From assembly GCA_964016885.1 (NCBI GenBank), contig OZ024741.1:105648001-105712000 (forward strand): 64,000 nt of DNA, written 5' to 3'. Below are positions 63,258 to 64,000 of the stretch, piece after piece (within the stretch, counting starts at the first letter, position 1; each line of letters begins with the position of its first letter). The notes below the pieces were generated by a model. That model was not told where the DNA came from and did no database searches. It saw nothing but the letters and a program-made list of their open reading frames with translations. The position numbers were made by a program, and so were the translations under genes. Source of the DNA: Eledone cirrhosa (Eukaryota).

Positions 63258-63611
63258 TACACATACATACATACATACATACATACATACATACATACAT
63301 ACATACATACATACATACATACATACATACATACATACATACATACATACATACATACATACATACATACATACATACATACATACATACATACATACAT
63401 ACATACATACATACATACATACATACATACATACATACATACATACATACATACATACATACATACATACATACATACATACATACATACATACATACAT
63501 ACATACATACATACATACATACATACATACATACATACATACATACATACATACATACATACATACATACATACATACATACATACATACATACATACAT
63601 ACATACATACA

Positions 63612-63640
<29 letters not shown>
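63258..63640. repeat. Pure (CATA)n tetranucleotide microsatellite, ~95 units
   Basis: Direct reading. Confidence 0.97.
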
Positions 63641-63642
<2 letters not shown>

Positions 63643-64000
63643 TTAACATGCAGGCTCGTGTTTAAGCGAGTGCATATGTACTTAGATATAAATGCGTGTT
63701 GTGCGTCTTTTGAGTTAAGGCAAGTTACTATATATACAAGCATGTTTTCTCTTTTCAGTGGTGTCTGTCTACATGCTGTGGTCATGCTGGAGCAGGGTAA
63801 AATGAAAAGGTGTACCGTTGTGGTGGAATGTGAAAGTAGGTATTCACCTCATTTTGAACATGTATACATATAAGTACGCACACACACACGTGTATGTGTG
63901 TGTATGTGCGTGTGTTGATACGGAGTTTACACCCTCCAACTTTCTCTCACTCTCTCTCTCTTTCTTTAAGTATAGAAACTATTTATTAAAATGGAAAATA

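Noticed and set aside
63158-63785. YVCM/HTYI repeat proteins and other poly-amino-acid ORFs
   Set aside because: Translations of (CATA)n, (CA)n, (TA)n, (GA)n and triplet microsatellites.
63760-63840. Plus-strand exon after TTTTCTCTTTTCAG
   Set aside because: Several frames and donors possible, no partner exon within the window.

Overview
AT-rich, extremely repeat-dense eukaryotic (animal) genomic DNA; the SINE/RTE-tail repertoire and microsatellite load resemble coleoid cephalopod (octopus) genomes (inference, no database search). Almost all long ORFs in the track are microsatellite/minisatellite artefacts or decayed retrotransposon ORFs. Supported content: non-LTR retrotransposon remnants of at least four clades (RTE, including a family with a PHD-type C4HC3 finger inside the RT; L1/Tx1 with zf-RVT; R4/Dong-like; CR1/Jockey-like), two tRNA-derived SINE superfamilies with swappable tails, a ~600-bp non-coding RTE-like non-autonomous family, four non-autonomous Helitrons (TC...CTAG, A|T sites), hAT- and piggyBac-type MITEs, Penelope-type minimal hammerhead ribozyme motifs (two intact-looking copies with covarying stem II), a 145-bp-arm foldback, and many tandem arrays. 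Short unique islands between repeats carry seven splice-flanked, phase-compatible candidate small exons on the minus strand (59577 to 22952), suggesting the window is mostly intron of an unidentified host gene (low-moderate confidence). No intact autonomous element, CRISPR array, rRNA or genuine tRNA gene is seen.
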